A DNA stretch of 15,900 nt from a virus. Its lineage: Duplodnaviria; Heunggongvirae; Uroviricota; Caudoviricetes. This document shows, in pieces, positions 1-7,640 of this stretch. Location: IMG/VR virus record IMGVR_UViG_2695420863_000009; one strand, written 5' to 3'. The position numbers were made by a program, and so were the translations under genes. The notes below the pieces were generated by a model. It was not told where the DNA came from, did no database searches, and was given only the letters and a program-made list of their open reading frames with translations. Within the stretch, counting starts at the first letter, position 1; every line of letters starts with the position of its first letter.

Positions 1-241
1 TCTGACGGCGACGCCGCCCTGACAACATCATAGTGTTTAAATGCCATGAATCCTCCCGGCCGGGATAATATTGTGAGTAAAATGAGGAGCGGGCTGAAGT
101 CCGGAAGTTACAGGACAATGGCAGAAGAGAGACAACAGTCCGCAATACGAAAAAGGCCGCGCTATTGCGCAGAGTGATTACTGTCGGATATTATTCGCCA
201 GCTGAAATATTACTTCACGTTTTGTTGTTTATTCCTTGCCG

Positions 242-269
242 CCCGCGTCTCCCAGCGCGGGATTTTTTT
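242..269 (+). terminator. putative rho-independent terminator
   Basis: Stem cccgcg (242-247) / cgcggg (256-261) with 8-nt loop, followed by a 7-T run (263-269). The gene it would terminate lies outside or at the window edge. Confidence 0.4.
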
Positions 270-271
270 GT

Positions 272-299
272 CCATAAGAAAGCCCCTCCGGAGAGGGGC
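272..299 (-). terminator. putative terminator hairpin downstream of the tRNA cluster
   Basis: 7-bp stem gcccctc/gaggggc (282-299) with cgga loop; on the minus strand it is followed by tttctt. The T-run is weak. Confidence 0.3.
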
Positions 300-536
300 T
301 GGAGAGTGGCGCTATGTGCCATTGCATGGTGCCGGGTGCCTCCCGGTGAATTCAGTACCAGCACCTGAATCCGCGATTATCCCATATACCTACTCGCTGA
401 TTGCCCCTCCGCACAGGGGGATTCACCATGCCAGTTTCTTTTAACAAACTCCCCGCAAACCAGACAACAGTCAACCGCCTGAATTGTGAGACATTTAAAA
501 AAAAGGCCCGCAAAAGCGAGCCAGGGAAAATAAGTG

Positions 537-613
537 TGGCGCGTTGTACTGGATTCGAACCAGTGACCGATTGCTTAGAAGGCAATTGCTCTGTCCGGCT
601 GAGCTAACAACGC
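537..613 (-). tRNA. tRNA-Arg (anticodon TCT)
   Basis: Reverse complement folds as a canonical cloverleaf: perfect 7-bp acceptor stem GCGTTGT/ACAACGC, D-stem GCTC/GAGC, anticodon loop CTTCTAA, T-loop TTCGAAT, 3' CCA encoded. It resembles argO of Stx-type lambdoid phages (recollection). Confidence 0.8.
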
Positions 614-626
614 AGGATACAGATAA

Positions 627-703
627 TGGACCGCCTTCGGGGACCCGAACTCCGCGCAACCAGCTTCGAAAGCTGGCGCTCTTTCCTGATGAGCTAATGG
701 CGG
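627..703 (-). tRNA. putative tRNA-Arg (anticodon TCG), possibly degenerate
   Basis: Cloverleaf-like: D-stem GCTC/GAGC, anticodon arm CCAGC-TTTCGAA-GCTGG, CCA encoded. The acceptor stem (A-A at 6-67) and T-stem (A-C) each carry one mismatch, and the T-loop TTCGGGT is atypical. It sits in the position argN holds in Stx-type phages. Confidence 0.5.
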
Positions 704-710
704 TATGTGA

Positions 711-786
711 TGGTGGCCCTTGCTGGATTTGAACCAGCGACCTGGCGATTATGAGTCGCTCGCTCTCACCACTGAGCTAAAGGGCC
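711..786 (-). tRNA. tRNA-Ile2 (lysidine type) or tRNA-Met, anticodon CAT
   Basis: Cloverleaf with acceptor GGCCCTT/AAGGGCC, anticodon loop CTCATAA, T-loop TTCAAAT, CCA encoded. It closely resembles E. coli ileX / phage ileZ as I recall them. Confidence 0.8.
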
Positions 787-814
787 GGGTCAAAAAATAA
801 TAATCAGATGAAAA

Positions 815-1528
815 TCAATAATCAAGCCCTTGCCTGGATACATATCTGTCTGGCGGGAAGCCATAATAGCGGTGAAATACAGAAATAAAGTAGGACCAGC
901 TTGAATAACCGCATTTTTCTGCTACAGCCTGTCCATATCCATGCCGGGAACATAACATATTCACAGCAACACGCATCCGCTCTTCCAGCAACAAGCGACT
1001 GAACATGTGCCCTTCATTTTTCAGTTTTATCTTTAACAAACTCTCACTCATATGCAGGCGTAACGCAATCGCACCAAGCGTCCAGCTTGCTGATATATCT
1101 GTCTGAATTATCGCCCTGACTTTGGTACTTATACTGGATAAACATCCACTTAAAAATAATAATATCCGTTCATCTGATTCAAACAGCGACAGGCATGCCA
1201 TCATAAGAAACATATCCGTGGTATCTCCGGAAAATCTCTGGCTGGTAATTAAAGCCTCAGCCAACGCAGGGTTGTTGGGTTCCAGTGACAGATAAAGCGG
1301 AACGTCAGTCAGATGAGTTCTTGTCAGCTTATGCTGAATTTCCAGATATTGACTTACTATGGAATGGTTTATATCGAAAATTTTAACTTTGCCATAATGC
1401 ATAAGGAAAAGCGCCCTGATGCATTTGGTGGCCAGAACGACTGAGCCGGGCTTAAGTGACAACGTATCCTTTTCAAGAAAAATATTAATTGGGGAGCAAA
1501 CCATGATAACTGAACAGACAACAACCAT
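815..1528 (-). CDS. AraC-family transcriptional regulator (AppY/YdeO/GadX/PatE-like)
   Basis: 237-aa ORF. The C-terminal ~100 aa carry the AraC double-HTH signature (…SESLLKIKLKNEGHMFSRLLLEERMRVAVNMLC…AEKCGYSSWSYFISVFHRYYGFPP). The gene is AT-rich relative to the phage core and has no clear SD. Confidence 0.8.
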   Translation of the reverse strand: MVVVCSVIMVCSPINIFLEKDTLSLKPGSVVLATKCIRALFLMHYGKVKIFDINHSIVSQYLEIQHKLTRTHLTDVPLYLSLEPNNPALAEALITSQRFSGDTTDMFLMMACLSLFESDERILLFLSGCLSSISTKVRAIIQTDISASWTLGAIALRLHMSESLLKIKLKNEGHMFSRLLLEERMRVAVNMLCSRHGYGQAVAEKCGYSSWSYFISVFHRYYGFPPDRYVSRQGLDY

Positions 1529-1654
1529 TATAATTTTACTTTCATTAGCAATTGGTTAGTTCAATTATAGCCCCAAAAGGTAAATTATCATCAACACATA
1601 AGCAAAGGACTGACAGGTGCCGCTAACACCCACCAGCCGCCCATTTACCACAAA

Positions 1655-1679
1655 TAAAAAAGCCTTCAGGACTGAAGGC
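1655..1679 (-). terminator. rho-independent terminator
   Basis: Stem gccttca/tgaaggc (1662-1679) with ggac loop; on the minus strand it is followed by a 7-T run (plus-strand A-run 1655-1661). It overlaps the stop codon of the 1666..1863 ORF. Confidence 0.5.
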
Positions 1680-1863
1680 GTCTGTAACAACCGCACTGAT
1701 AGTCTGCCAGACCCGCCATAACAAGCTGGGTCAGTATTAACTGGCAGCGTTCGCGTGAAAGGTAAGTATTCTGCGCAATCTCCCCGACTGTCGCCGGTTC
1801 GGTGACGCTTAATTCATCAAACACAACTCTGGCGGTTTCTGTCATATCCTGCTGTTTCAGCAT
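1666..1863 (-). CDS. small hypothetical protein, possibly a winged-helix DNA-binding protein
   Basis: 65-aa ORF with ATG start and its own terminator. The central segment (TVGEIAQNTYLSRERCQLILTQLVMAGL) looks HTH-like. No family is confidently recognised and the SD is weak. Confidence 0.45.
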   Translation of the reverse strand: MLKQQDMTETARVVFDELSVTEPATVGEIAQNTYLSRERCQLILTQLVMAGLADYQCGCYRRLQS

Positions 1864-1984
1864 GTCTTTTTACCCTTTCCGGTTAACGTGACACACCAAT
1901 AACTCTTGCCGAAAAAGCCAGCAAGCTGAAAGACCTGTATTAATAACTACCAGCACATTTAACGCACTGCGCTACTTTGCGGGC

Positions 1985-2009
1985 ACAAAAAACCCGCTCA
2001 GAGGCGGGG
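1985..2009 (-). terminator. rho-independent terminator downstream of the CPBP gene
   Basis: Minus-strand stem cccgc/gcggg with 6-nt loop, followed by ttttttgtg (plus-strand A-run 1987-1992). Confidence 0.5.
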
Positions 2010-2149
2010 TCAAGCTATGCGGCGAAATAACCACTCTTAACAGCATACCTGATTTTTTACGTACGTAAATGCTTTGCCGTGCATATTTTTCATGCAAATG
2101 TCACGTCCTGCTATTTTTCAGTCTTATAAATTTAAAACCATAGAAAAAA

Positions 2150-2968
2150 TCAATTATGTTTTAAAAATGGATAGGTAAAGAATAACAAGTGACACAGATT
2201 CAAACCAAAATGGAAAAGGGTGGCAACCCACAAACGCCCACTCCACATCCATGACAATCCATACACAACACCAGATAACGTGGCAAATAATACAAGTAAA
2301 GCACCACCTGAATAGTGATAAAAACCAAACAACAAAGCCGCCACAATTAATGCAACCAATGGAGACGTTACTTCTGATAGCCGTGATTGAATATACCCTC
2401 TAAATAATGATTCCTCTGCCAGAGACACAAAAAACAAATTAGCCAATATAAACTCTGGCAACCACTCAGGAAAATGAATCTCTGGCTTTAATCCACCAAA
2501 AAAAACAGCCAAAAACAGGATAAGAGGAACAGAGAGCGACAGAGCCCCCCACTTCCACAAAGACACTTCTGATTTTACTTCTTTTTTAAACAAAGAAGAT
2601 GTACACAGGACTAACAAAAATGGCACCAGCGCTTTATCAAAATTAAAATACATTGTATAGGGAGTACTTTGAGGGCCAACAGTAACAGAATTTAGCACTA
2701 CAGGATTGTGAAACCCTGGCCATAGATGGAAAGATAATGCTATGGCTGATAAAACTATGCCAACTTCATATATAGATTTAGCCCAGGCGTTATATTTCCA
2801 GTTGAACTTCAAAATAATAAAAAAAACGATTGTAGCAACAAAAAATAACACCGACCAATCAATAATATCATTAAGCACAGCCAGGACAACAGACACCGTC
2901 AACAATGAAAAAGCCACTACCTTATGCCAACTGAGAGTTGACAGTGACAGTACTAACACAATCCACAT
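2150..2968 (-). CDS. CPBP-family intramembrane metalloprotease (CAAX protease / Abi domain)
   Basis: Polytopic membrane protein with the three CPBP motifs: EExxxR (SLAEESLFRGYIQSRL), FxxxH (LLFGFYHY) and HxxxN (HFGLNLCHLLFF). Strong SD (aaggag, 6 nt) before the ATG at 2968; the track ORF starts 6 nt upstream at a GTG. The gene is markedly AT-rich. Confidence 0.8.
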   Translation of the reverse strand: MWIVLVLSLSTLSWHKVVAFSLLTVSVVLAVLNDIIDWSVLFFVATIVFFIILKFNWKYNAWAKSIYEVGIVLSAIALSFHLWPGFHNPVVLNSVTVGPQSTPYTMYFNFDKALVPFLLVLCTSSLFKKEVKSEVSLWKWGALSLSVPLILFLAVFFGGLKPEIHFPEWLPEFILANLFFVSLAEESLFRGYIQSRLSEVTSPLVALIVAALLFGFYHYSGGALLVLFATLSGVVYGLSWMWSGRLWVATLFHFGLNLCHLLFFTYPFLKHN

Positions 2969-3119
2969 AAGCACTCCTTTTATTTAATGATGAAGATTGA
3001 TTATCAATATTTTCAATTCACCAGGCAACATTTTATCTACCTTCCACAATACATGACCATCAAAAAATAAACATGTTAATTATAAACACAGAAAACATAA
3101 CCCTCATCACTATATATCC

Positions 3120-3491
3120 CTACCGCATATCCATATCTAACCGGACATTCAGAGCCATAAGCATTCCTTCAATAATACCTTCCGCTTTATAAAGCCTTTT
3201 ACCAATAAGCCCATCAGAACATCTATGCTTACGTGCAAGAGCCATAAATGTCATTCCACCTACGTAATAATCCACCAACAAATCGTGCAAATACTGATTA
3301 TTCTTGTTTAATCGTGCCATACAACCACAAATTATCATGGCGTCATCATCAGAACACTGAGGACGTGATTTCACTTTAGTCGGGATTAATCCTTTAAAAC
3401 CAGCAGCTATCGAGGGCCATGTTACATCTTCATGATTATTTGCTGCCCATGCCCCCCATCGCTCAAGAACCATCTGGATATCACGCGCCAT
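3120..3491 (-). CDS. late-gene antiterminator Q (quuD-like)
   Basis: N-terminus [25 protein letters not shown]… and the CGCMARL cysteine motif match the DLP12 QuuD-type Q family as I recall it. Start taken at the ATG at 3491 with SD gaggtgg; the track ORF begins at a GTG 9 nt upstream. It follows rusA, as in DLP12. Confidence 0.7.
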   Translation of the reverse strand: MARDIQMVLERWGAWAANNHEDVTWPSIAAGFKGLIPTKVKSRPQCSDDDAMIICGCMARLNKNNQYLHDLLVDYYVGGMTFMALARKHRCSDGLIGKRLYKAEGIIEGMLMALNVRLDMDMR

Positions 3492-3852
3492 CGTTACCAC
3501 CTCTGATTTCGTAAATCTTCACGCCCAGCCGTCCACCTGGCACAGGCTGACCGCGCACAATATTGATTTCATCAAACTGCTCGTCATCAATGAGCACTTC
3601 CGCATGCGTCAGCGCATCCAGCGGTGCTTTCAGAATGTTGTCCAGGTCACGGCGGCGCTTATCCGGTGGTTCTGCAATAATTTTTATTGCCAGCCGTCCG
3701 GACAGGCTTAATTTCAGCCGCTGCTGGCGAACAATAAGCGCCACAGCCCGGCGATAACGCTCACCGGCTTTTGATACAAAATATGTGCTGCCACGACGTC
3801 GCCAGTAGGTGTTCACCGTCGGCGGGTAAGGCAAAACAAACTCTATACGCAT
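3481..3852 (-). CDS. rusA: RusA Holliday-junction resolvase
   Basis: 123 aa with the RusA signatures (YPPTVNTYW…, RRRDLDN, DALT…DDEQ, GGRL). SD aagagg precedes the ATG. The 3' end overlaps the Q start. Confidence 0.85.
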   Translation of the reverse strand: MRIEFVLPYPPTVNTYWRRRGSTYFVSKAGERYRRAVALIVRQQRLKLSLSGRLAIKIIAEPPDKRRRDLDNILKAPLDALTHAEVLIDDEQFDEINIVRGQPVPGGRLGVKIYEIRGGNDGA

Positions 3853-3864
3853 CAGTAACCTCTT

Positions 3865-4914
3865 TTACCCGAGCACGCCGGTTGCAAAAGCGTGATCAAG
3901 AAAACGAAAAATTAAATCAACCTGGGAACCATGCTTTTCTTCGAACGCCAGCGGATCCGCATGAAGCTCGTTGTGATGCTCCCGACACAGCGGTAGCGTG
4001 AAAATATCGTGGGATTTTGTTCCCATTCCACCCTGACCATGACCAATCAGATGATGAGGATCGTCCGCTGGCTTACCACAACACGCACACGGCTGTGTCT
4101 TTACCCAGCGTGTGTATTTCTCATTTACCCAGAGGCGACGTTTAGGTCGTTTCATGAAGGATTCCGGAGACTCCGGATCAACGGCAATGCTGACCACCGT
4201 CTTTTCCTGTGGTGGGTTCTGTTGCTGGTGGGTGTGAGGCGGTAGCGCAATATTTTTTGTGCGCTGCTTCAGTATGCTGGTGGCGGTCTGTTCTCCCGGT
4301 ATGATGTCGCTTTCACGGTATACGGAGCGGATTTTTTCCGCCGGTAATCCCAGAGAACGACGCGATACTGCCTCAGGTAATGCGTCCACCACCTGATTGC
4401 AGACTGCCCACCAGGATAATTCAGCCAGCGATAATTCCCGTTCCTGTATGCCATTCATTGCGTGGCGGATGACGTCAATCATCCATGCTGACAGGTTTTG
4501 TTGAGCAAGTTGCTCAAGTGATTCGGATGTCTGGTCGCGCAGCTGGTTGTCGCAGTGCCAGCACAACACCATCGCGCCGGTACCGTAACGATGTATGACA
4601 GTTTCGCTGTGATGATAATCACCATGAGGCCACTGGCAGGATTTAACGTGACGTAATAACCAGTCAGACAGTGCACCAGCGCCACCAGCAGCACGAATCA
4701 CACGCTCATTGCTGAAAAATGGCAGTAATGATTTATCTTCCGCCAGCGGCTGGCGAACGGCAGGAACGACCCCGGACGGCAGATTACGCATGCTTTTCGG
4801 TTCAGACTCCACCAGCACCCTGCCGCCATGAAATACCCGCATGGATTCACGGCCTGGCTTAACGATAACCAGACCGAGTTCCGGTACCAGAACAGGTCGA
4901 AGTAATACCCGCAC
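3865..4914 (-). CDS. DUF968-family phage protein with C-terminal HNH-like zinc-binding motif
   Basis: 349-aa ORF with GTG start preceded by ggagg. The C-terminus carries CACCG…HHLIGHG…CREHHNELH (HNH-like), typical of the YdfU/DUF968 proteins found between the replication genes and Q. Confidence 0.7.
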   Translation of the reverse strand: MRVLLRPVLVPELGLVIVKPGRESMRVFHGGRVLVESEPKSMRNLPSGVVPAVRQPLAEDKSLLPFFSNERVIRAAGGAGALSDWLLRHVKSCQWPHGDYHHSETVIHRYGTGAMVLCWHCDNQLRDQTSESLEQLAQQNLSAWMIDVIRHAMNGIQERELSLAELSWWAVCNQVVDALPEAVSRRSLGLPAEKIRSVYRESDIIPGEQTATSILKQRTKNIALPPHTHQQQNPPQEKTVVSIAVDPESPESFMKRPKRRLWVNEKYTRWVKTQPCACCGKPADDPHHLIGHGQGGMGTKSHDIFTLPLCREHHNELHADPLAFEEKHGSQVDLIFRFLDHAFATGVLG

Positions 4915-4915
4915 A

Positions 4916-5194
4916 TTACCTCCAGATCCGTTGCTGGAATGTGCGGGACGGACGCGGTGGCCGTTCGGAGTAAGGGAGCCTGACGGAGATTATCCAGTGA
5001 CGGTAGTCGAGGCTAAGGGCTTTTTTAACCTCGCATCCGCGCCTGCGGTAACACTGAATGAGCCATTCGGCCTGTTCTTCAGTGCATGGGGGATGCTGGT
5101 ACCAGTCAGATTTGAATGCGTGAAAACACCGTCCGCGCCTGCTGGCAAAGACGGCAGAATCATCAGAATTGTATAATTTGGTATCGTGCGCCAT
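4916..5194 (-). CDS. hypothetical phage protein
   Basis: The ORF runs to 5275 in the track, but its first 27 codons overlap a terminator, so the start is placed at the internal ATG at 5194. Cys/His-rich; no family recognised. Its stop abuts the DUF968 start. Confidence 0.45.
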   Translation of the reverse strand: MAHDTKLYNSDDSAVFASRRGRCFHAFKSDWYQHPPCTEEQAEWLIQCYRRRGCEVKKALSLDYRHWIISVRLPYSERPPRPSRTFQQRIWR

Positions 5195-5264
5195 CGGTTG
5201 TCTCTGCTGGCGCAGCAGGTGCCAGTTGTTCAGGCTGGCGTGCGAATTGTAAACCAGAATGCCA

Positions 5265-5292
5265 GGAAAAAACAAAACCCGCCGAAGCGGGT
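5265..5292 (-). terminator. rho-independent terminator of the hok cassette
   Basis: Minus-strand stem aacccgc/gcgggtt with ttcg loop, followed by ttttgtttttt. Confidence 0.55.
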
Positions 5293-5361
5293 TAAGTGCG
5301 GGTGCGTTGAGGATGCCTGATTCATCAGAGGTGGCGAGGGATTTCTCCCCCGCCGGGTCTC

Positions 5362-5517
5362 TTACTCCTCAGGTTCGTAAGCTGTGAAGACAGCGACCTC
5401 CGTCTGGCCGGTTCGGACTCGTACCTCGCAGAGGTCTTTCCTCGTTACCAGTGCCGTCACTATGACGGTTAAACAGATGACGATCAGGGCGATTAACATC
5501 GCCTTTTGCTGCTTCAT
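5362..5517 (-). CDS. hokD: Hok/Gef-family type I toxin (small membrane peptide)
   Basis: 51-aa product MKQQKAMLIALIVICLTVIVTALVTRKDLCEVRVRTGQTEVAVFTAYEPEE, which is near-identical to my recollection of RelF/HokD. SD aaggag precedes the ATG at 5517. The track ORF extends 19 codons further upstream in frame. Confidence 0.85.
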   Translation of the reverse strand: MKQQKAMLIALIVICLTVIVTALVTRKDLCEVRVRTGQTEVAVFTAYEPEE

Positions 5518-5732
5518 AGCCTGCTTCTCCTTGCCTTTCGGCACGTAAGAGGCTAACCTACGTTTGTGAAGCATAGATTGGGCCTCAGATTAATGTTAAG
5601 CGTCTTGCAGGACGCGTAATGTTAACTGGGGCTTTTCTCTGTCTGCCTTACGGTGGCATGCCCGAGGCAGACAGCCTCAAGCACCCGCAGCAATTCTACT
5701 TAACTCTCGCTTTACCGCAAACCGTTTTTACC

Positions 5733-5754
5733 CGATATGGGAATTCCCATATCG
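5733..5754. promoter_or_regulatory. perfect 22-bp palindrome (candidate protein-binding site)
   Basis: cgatatgggaa|ttcccatatcg is exactly self-complementary and has no flanking T-run on either strand. It lies about 215 nt upstream of the hok ATG. Confidence 0.35.
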
Positions 5755-5762
5755 TAATGAAT

Positions 5763-5867
5763 TCAGTTCCCTAGTCGATCCATCAAAAACACAACCAGGC
5801 AGTAAACGCCCACAACAGCAACAACAGCCAGCGCACCTTCCATTGCCAGTGATATATCATCCGACAT
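5763..5867 (-). CDS. putative 34-aa hydrophobic micro-protein
   Basis: ATG preceded by a strong SD (aaggaggg, 4 nt). Product MSDDISLAMEGALAVVAVVGVYCLVVFLMDRLGN has one predicted TM helix. Below the track's 60-aa cut-off. Confidence 0.35.
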   Translation of the reverse strand: MSDDISLAMEGALAVVAVVGVYCLVVFLMDRLGN

Positions 5868-5908
5868 ATTCCCTCCTTTGGTGTTAATCCCGGCGAACGT
5901 TTTTACCC

Positions 5909-5986
5909 TCACCGACAAATAACATATACTAAAAAAGCGATAGCCATAGCAACGCCTGTAATTGCAAATGCTTCAGGCCAGTTCAT
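5909..5986 (-). CDS. putative 25-aa hydrophobic micro-protein
   Basis: ATG overlaps the stop of the upstream DUF551 gene (ATGA) and is preceded by aggagg. Product MNWPEAFAITGVAMAIAFLVYVICR. Confidence 0.3.
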   Translation of the reverse strand: MNWPEAFAITGVAMAIAFLVYVICR

Positions 5987-6852
5987 TGGCGCACCTCCTG
6001 CGGCGGTTCTGGTAGAGGCATCCAGTGTGATGGTATCCACGACGCACCAGGTATTATCCACCCATCATTAGCGTCAGGATGCCCCGGGATGTAAGTCGCC
6101 CATTTCATTCGCCAGTCACCTTTCCTGCCAAAATCCCTGGCAACAAGAACGGCTGTTTTGGTATCCGGCATTCGCTCACTACAGCTTATCCAACTATCCG
6201 GAGTTACCGGATAGTTGCCCGATAGTGCATTCTGCTCCAGTGATGCTTTTACAAACCACGCTGCCTGAACTATAACGCCATGAATCCAGCGCAAATCAGC
6301 ATCGCGATCTTTCTTTTTCATCTTTTCGCCACTTAAGGCCTTGCTTATGTGGCTGCGTGCCAGGTCTTCATGTAATTCCTTCGCCTCCTCAATGGTGAAA
6401 CCACCAGGCAGAAGAGCCGGAGTTACCGGAGAGCTGGTTGACGCTTCCGGGATTTTCCGAAAATTATTGGTTGACGAATCTTTATTTTCCCGAAAGTTTC
6501 CGGACTGAAACATGGCTTCGCGGCAATCGTTCCAGCCTGTAGCGTATGCAGCCGCTTTGCTGCTGCCTTCAACTGGCGCATCCTGCCAATACATTTCTTC
6601 CGGCACTATCGGCGCTGGAGGGGCGGCAAATAGATATCCGCCAAAGTCAGGAAGCTCTCTAATGGCCTGTACAAATTTTTGTTTGCCTACGTCAACCCCT
6701 AATGGGTAATGAGCTATAATCTTTGCCACCGGCTCTGCTTCCAGCGATGCCAGCGCAATCCGTGCCAGTTCCATTTGTTCACCACGGGTAAGCCCGTTTT
6801 CAAGCGGATTTTTAATGAACAATTCAATACGTTCTTTGGTAATAGTGGTCAT
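5983..6852 (-). CDS. DUF551 domain-containing phage protein
   Basis: 289 aa with SD aaggag before the ATG. The C-terminal ~70 aa (…PDSWISCSERMPDT…GWIIPGASWIPSHWMPLPEPP) match the DUF551 pattern as I recall it. Confidence 0.6.
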   Translation of the reverse strand: MTTITKERIELFIKNPLENGLTRGEQMELARIALASLEAEPVAKIIAHYPLGVDVGKQKFVQAIRELPDFGGYLFAAPPAPIVPEEMYWQDAPVEGSSKAAAYATGWNDCREAMFQSGNFRENKDSSTNNFRKIPEASTSSPVTPALLPGGFTIEEAKELHEDLARSHISKALSGEKMKKKDRDADLRWIHGVIVQAAWFVKASLEQNALSGNYPVTPDSWISCSERMPDTKTAVLVARDFGRKGDWRMKWATYIPGHPDANDGWIIPGASWIPSHWMPLPEPPQEVRQ

Positions 6853-6862
6853 GTGTTACTCC

Positions 6863-7126
6863 TTAACCCGCAGTGCTTTCAACTGATGAGGGGAACAAAA
6901 TCTTTTCATCAAACCCTGCATTCATATCATGAACAGCAACACACCAATCCATCGACGAACGATTATCAAGAGCCTCCATGATTTCATCCATGCGGCGTAG
7001 GTCATACAGGTAAATGCTTTTATCGCCAATGGTGTAAAAGCCAATTTTTTTCGGTGATGGACAGCGATCAAGAACTTCCTGTAATTCGTTCAACCATGCC
7101 CGTTCTTTTTTTGTCAAAGTTGCCAT
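6863..7126 (-). CDS. hypothetical phage protein
   Basis: Start placed at the internal ATG (MATLTKKERAW…) preceded by aagga; the track ORF extends 30 codons upstream without an RBS. Confidence 0.5.
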   Translation of the reverse strand: MATLTKKERAWLNELQEVLDRCPSPKKIGFYTIGDKSIYLYDLRRMDEIMEALDNRSSMDWCVAVHDMNAGFDEKILFPSSVESTAG

Positions 7127-7377
7127 ATCAGTTTTCCTTATACGGATTAATTTTATTGTGCAGTGTGTTGAATGACGCCCATACCACGTCGTTATACAAT
7201 TCAATAACTGGCTCAATTATTTTTCCGATTATCCAGACTAGGATTAACGGGGATATCGGTATCATCAACACGATAAACAGAATGAGAAACAGAAATTCTG
7301 TTGTTCTACTCTTTCGCGGATATTTTTTCTAAATAATGTGACCATTCATTACCGCCCTTTCGGGCGGCCTCCTGACA

Positions 7378-7590
7378 TTAATCGTTGTGATAACTCATAG
7401 CTTCATTTGCAGCATCAACTGGATCAACCTCCCTCCAGCAATAATTTGGGTCGGCTCCTTCAGGCGTCCACGGTTCTAATTCATTTTTTGCCGCATTCTC
7501 ATCGCCAGTAATTTTAAAAATCTGCTCAGAGAATTTTCTTGCCCACTCGTTATATTTTTCCGCATTAATGGCTTTCTGTGTATTTAACAT
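7378..7590 (-). CDS. hypothetical phage protein
   Basis: 70-aa ORF with SD ggagg before the ATG. A GC hairpin with GAAA loop (7355-7372) sits just downstream of the stop. Confidence 0.5.
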   Translation of the reverse strand: MLNTQKAINAEKYNEWARKFSEQIFKITGDENAAKNELEPWTPEGADPNYCWREVDPVDAANEAMSYHND

Positions 7591-7640
7591 AAATACACCT
7601 CCAGTTAAGGATTAGATTTTATTTACAGCGCTAAATTTAT

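Noticed and set aside
1-536. Expectation of Shiga-toxin genes next to the ileZ/argN/argO-like tRNAs
   Set aside because: No stxA/stxB-like ORF is present in the 536 bp available on that side; the region is non-coding with terminator hairpins. The window ends too soon to say anything about what lies further out.
165-732. Track ORFs 165..368(+), 352..585(-), 401..607(+) and 544..732(+)
   Set aside because: They overlap the tRNA genes or terminator hairpins, lack RBSs and have no protein-like composition; the region is better explained as tRNAs plus non-coding terminator sequence.
2742-2987. Plus-strand 81-aa ORF antisense to the CPBP gene, and similar antisense ORFs inside DUF968, the replication gene and the repressor gene (3563..4245, 9234..9724, 11359..11634)
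   Set aside because: Each lies wholly inside a well-supported gene on the opposite strand, with no RBS and odd composition; these are typical shadow ORFs.
4916-5275. Full-length 119-aa version of the ORF starting at 5275
   Set aside because: Its first 27 codons would be translated through the hok terminator hairpin and T-run, with no RBS; the internal ATG at 5194 is the more plausible start.
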